DNA of 25,506 bases from Nitrososphaerota archaeon (lineage in GTDB: Archaea > Thermoproteota > Nitrososphaeria > Nitrososphaerales > JAHFOH01). Below the pieces are notes generated by a model. That model saw only the letters and a list, made by a program, of their open reading frames with translations, did not search any database and had not been told where the DNA came from. Shown here piece by piece: positions 24,992-25,506 of this stretch. The first letter of the stretch is position 1. The number at the start of each line of letters is the position of its first letter. The stretch spans positions 1-25,506 of the forward strand of contig JAHFOH010000004.1 of assembly GCA_023266955.1 (NCBI GenBank), read 5' to 3'. The position numbers and the translations under genes were made by a program.

Positions 24992-25506
24992 TTGCGTCAC
25001 ACCGGAGCCGTCTGCACTTCTGTGTACGCTAGGAATACAAAAGATCTTGCAAGTCGAATAGAACGGGCGACGAGACTAGGATCGGATCTGGTGGAAGCTA
25101 GAATTGACTTGCTTGCTCAGATCCGATTCGAAGAGCTGGCTAGAATTGTAACCAAACATCGCAGACGTTTGATCCTAACGTGTAGACCGACCCAAGAGGG
25201 AGGGGGTTTTGATGGAACTGAAGAGGAAAGGTTGGAGGTTTTGCAGAAACTTTCACGTCTTGGGTCTGCCTTCTTGGATGTTGAGCTCAGCCTTGCAAGG
25301 AAGTATCCTAGAAGACTAGGAGACCTTTCTAAGAATCGCACTGCACTGATCATTTCGTGGCATGATTTCGAGCGAACTCCCGCTGACTCAAAACTCAAGG
25401 AAAGAGTCAACGAAGCCCTGAAGCTTGGCGATATTGCAAAGATAGTACCTACTGCCAGAGAGTTCAGAGATAATCTCACGGTGCTATCTCTCTATGACGA
25501 CCACCA
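24992..25506 (+). CDS. aroD: 3-dehydroquinate dehydratase type I; 3' end beyond the window
   Basis: Absent from the ORF track. From TTG 24992: ..DLVEARID..LILTCRPTQEGGGF..LDVEL..IISWHDFERTP..DIAKIV, which are type I DHQase motifs. Confidence 0.9.
   Translation, partial: MRHTGAVCTSVYARNTKDLASRIERATRLGSDLVEARIDLLAQIRFEELARIVTKHRRRLILTCRPTQEGGGFDGTEEERLEVLQKLSRLGSAFLDVELSLARKYPRRLGDLSKNRTALIISWHDFERTPADSKLKERVNEALKLGDIAKIVPTAREFRDNLTVLSLYDDH

Noticed and set aside
342-25479. Numerous 60-200 aa ORFs antisense to or overlapping real genes (e.g. 9624-10214, 14588-15208, 12034-12495, 17490-17951, 25117-25479)
   Set aside because: They are shadows of well-supported genes on the other strand or frame, with no recognisable motifs or RBS/promoter support.
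1-25506. tRNA, rRNA, CRISPR array, IS/transposase, known riboswitch or T-box
   Set aside because: No T-loop/acceptor-stem patterns, regularly spaced repeats, transposase motifs or T-box consensus were seen. An Infernal/tRNAscan run would be the definitive test.

Overview
Archaeal amino-acid biosynthesis supercluster. The archaeal call rests on TATA promoters, near-leaderless genes, GGAGG/GAGGTGA RBSs and the archaeal ADH-synthase/DHQ-synthase II route. IlvC, Asd and LeuA look TACK/Nitrososphaerota-like (inference). Gene order: thrC (truncated by the window edge); a decaying patch with a GAF-domain remnant, a small-ORF/nucleotidyltransferase pair and a cupin pseudogene; asd; ilvC; vapBC; ilvD; an ilvB-ilvH-leuA-leuB-ilvE-leuC-leuD-aminotransferase operon; a GC-rich acetamidase/formamidase; pheA-hom-lysC on the minus strand; and a divergent aspartokinase-aroA'-aroB'-aroD operon. 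The main finding is two candidate amino-acid-sensing leader peptides missed by the ORF track. One is a 31-aa Ile/Leu/Val-rich peptide ahead of the ilv-leu operon (7742-7837). The other is a 22-aa Tyr/Phe-containing peptide ahead of the aromatic operon (21724-21792). Each lies between a TATA box and a structured spacer and is associated with a sequence complementary to the first gene's RBS. A Thr-rich minigene (MTVTT) ahead of hom-lysC is a weaker third candidate. Together they suggest a ribosome-dependent attenuation system in an archaeon. leuC also appears to start at ATA and the nucleotidyltransferase at CTG. No rRNA, tRNA, CRISPR or IS element was recognised. All RNA pairings were found by eye and no energies were computed.
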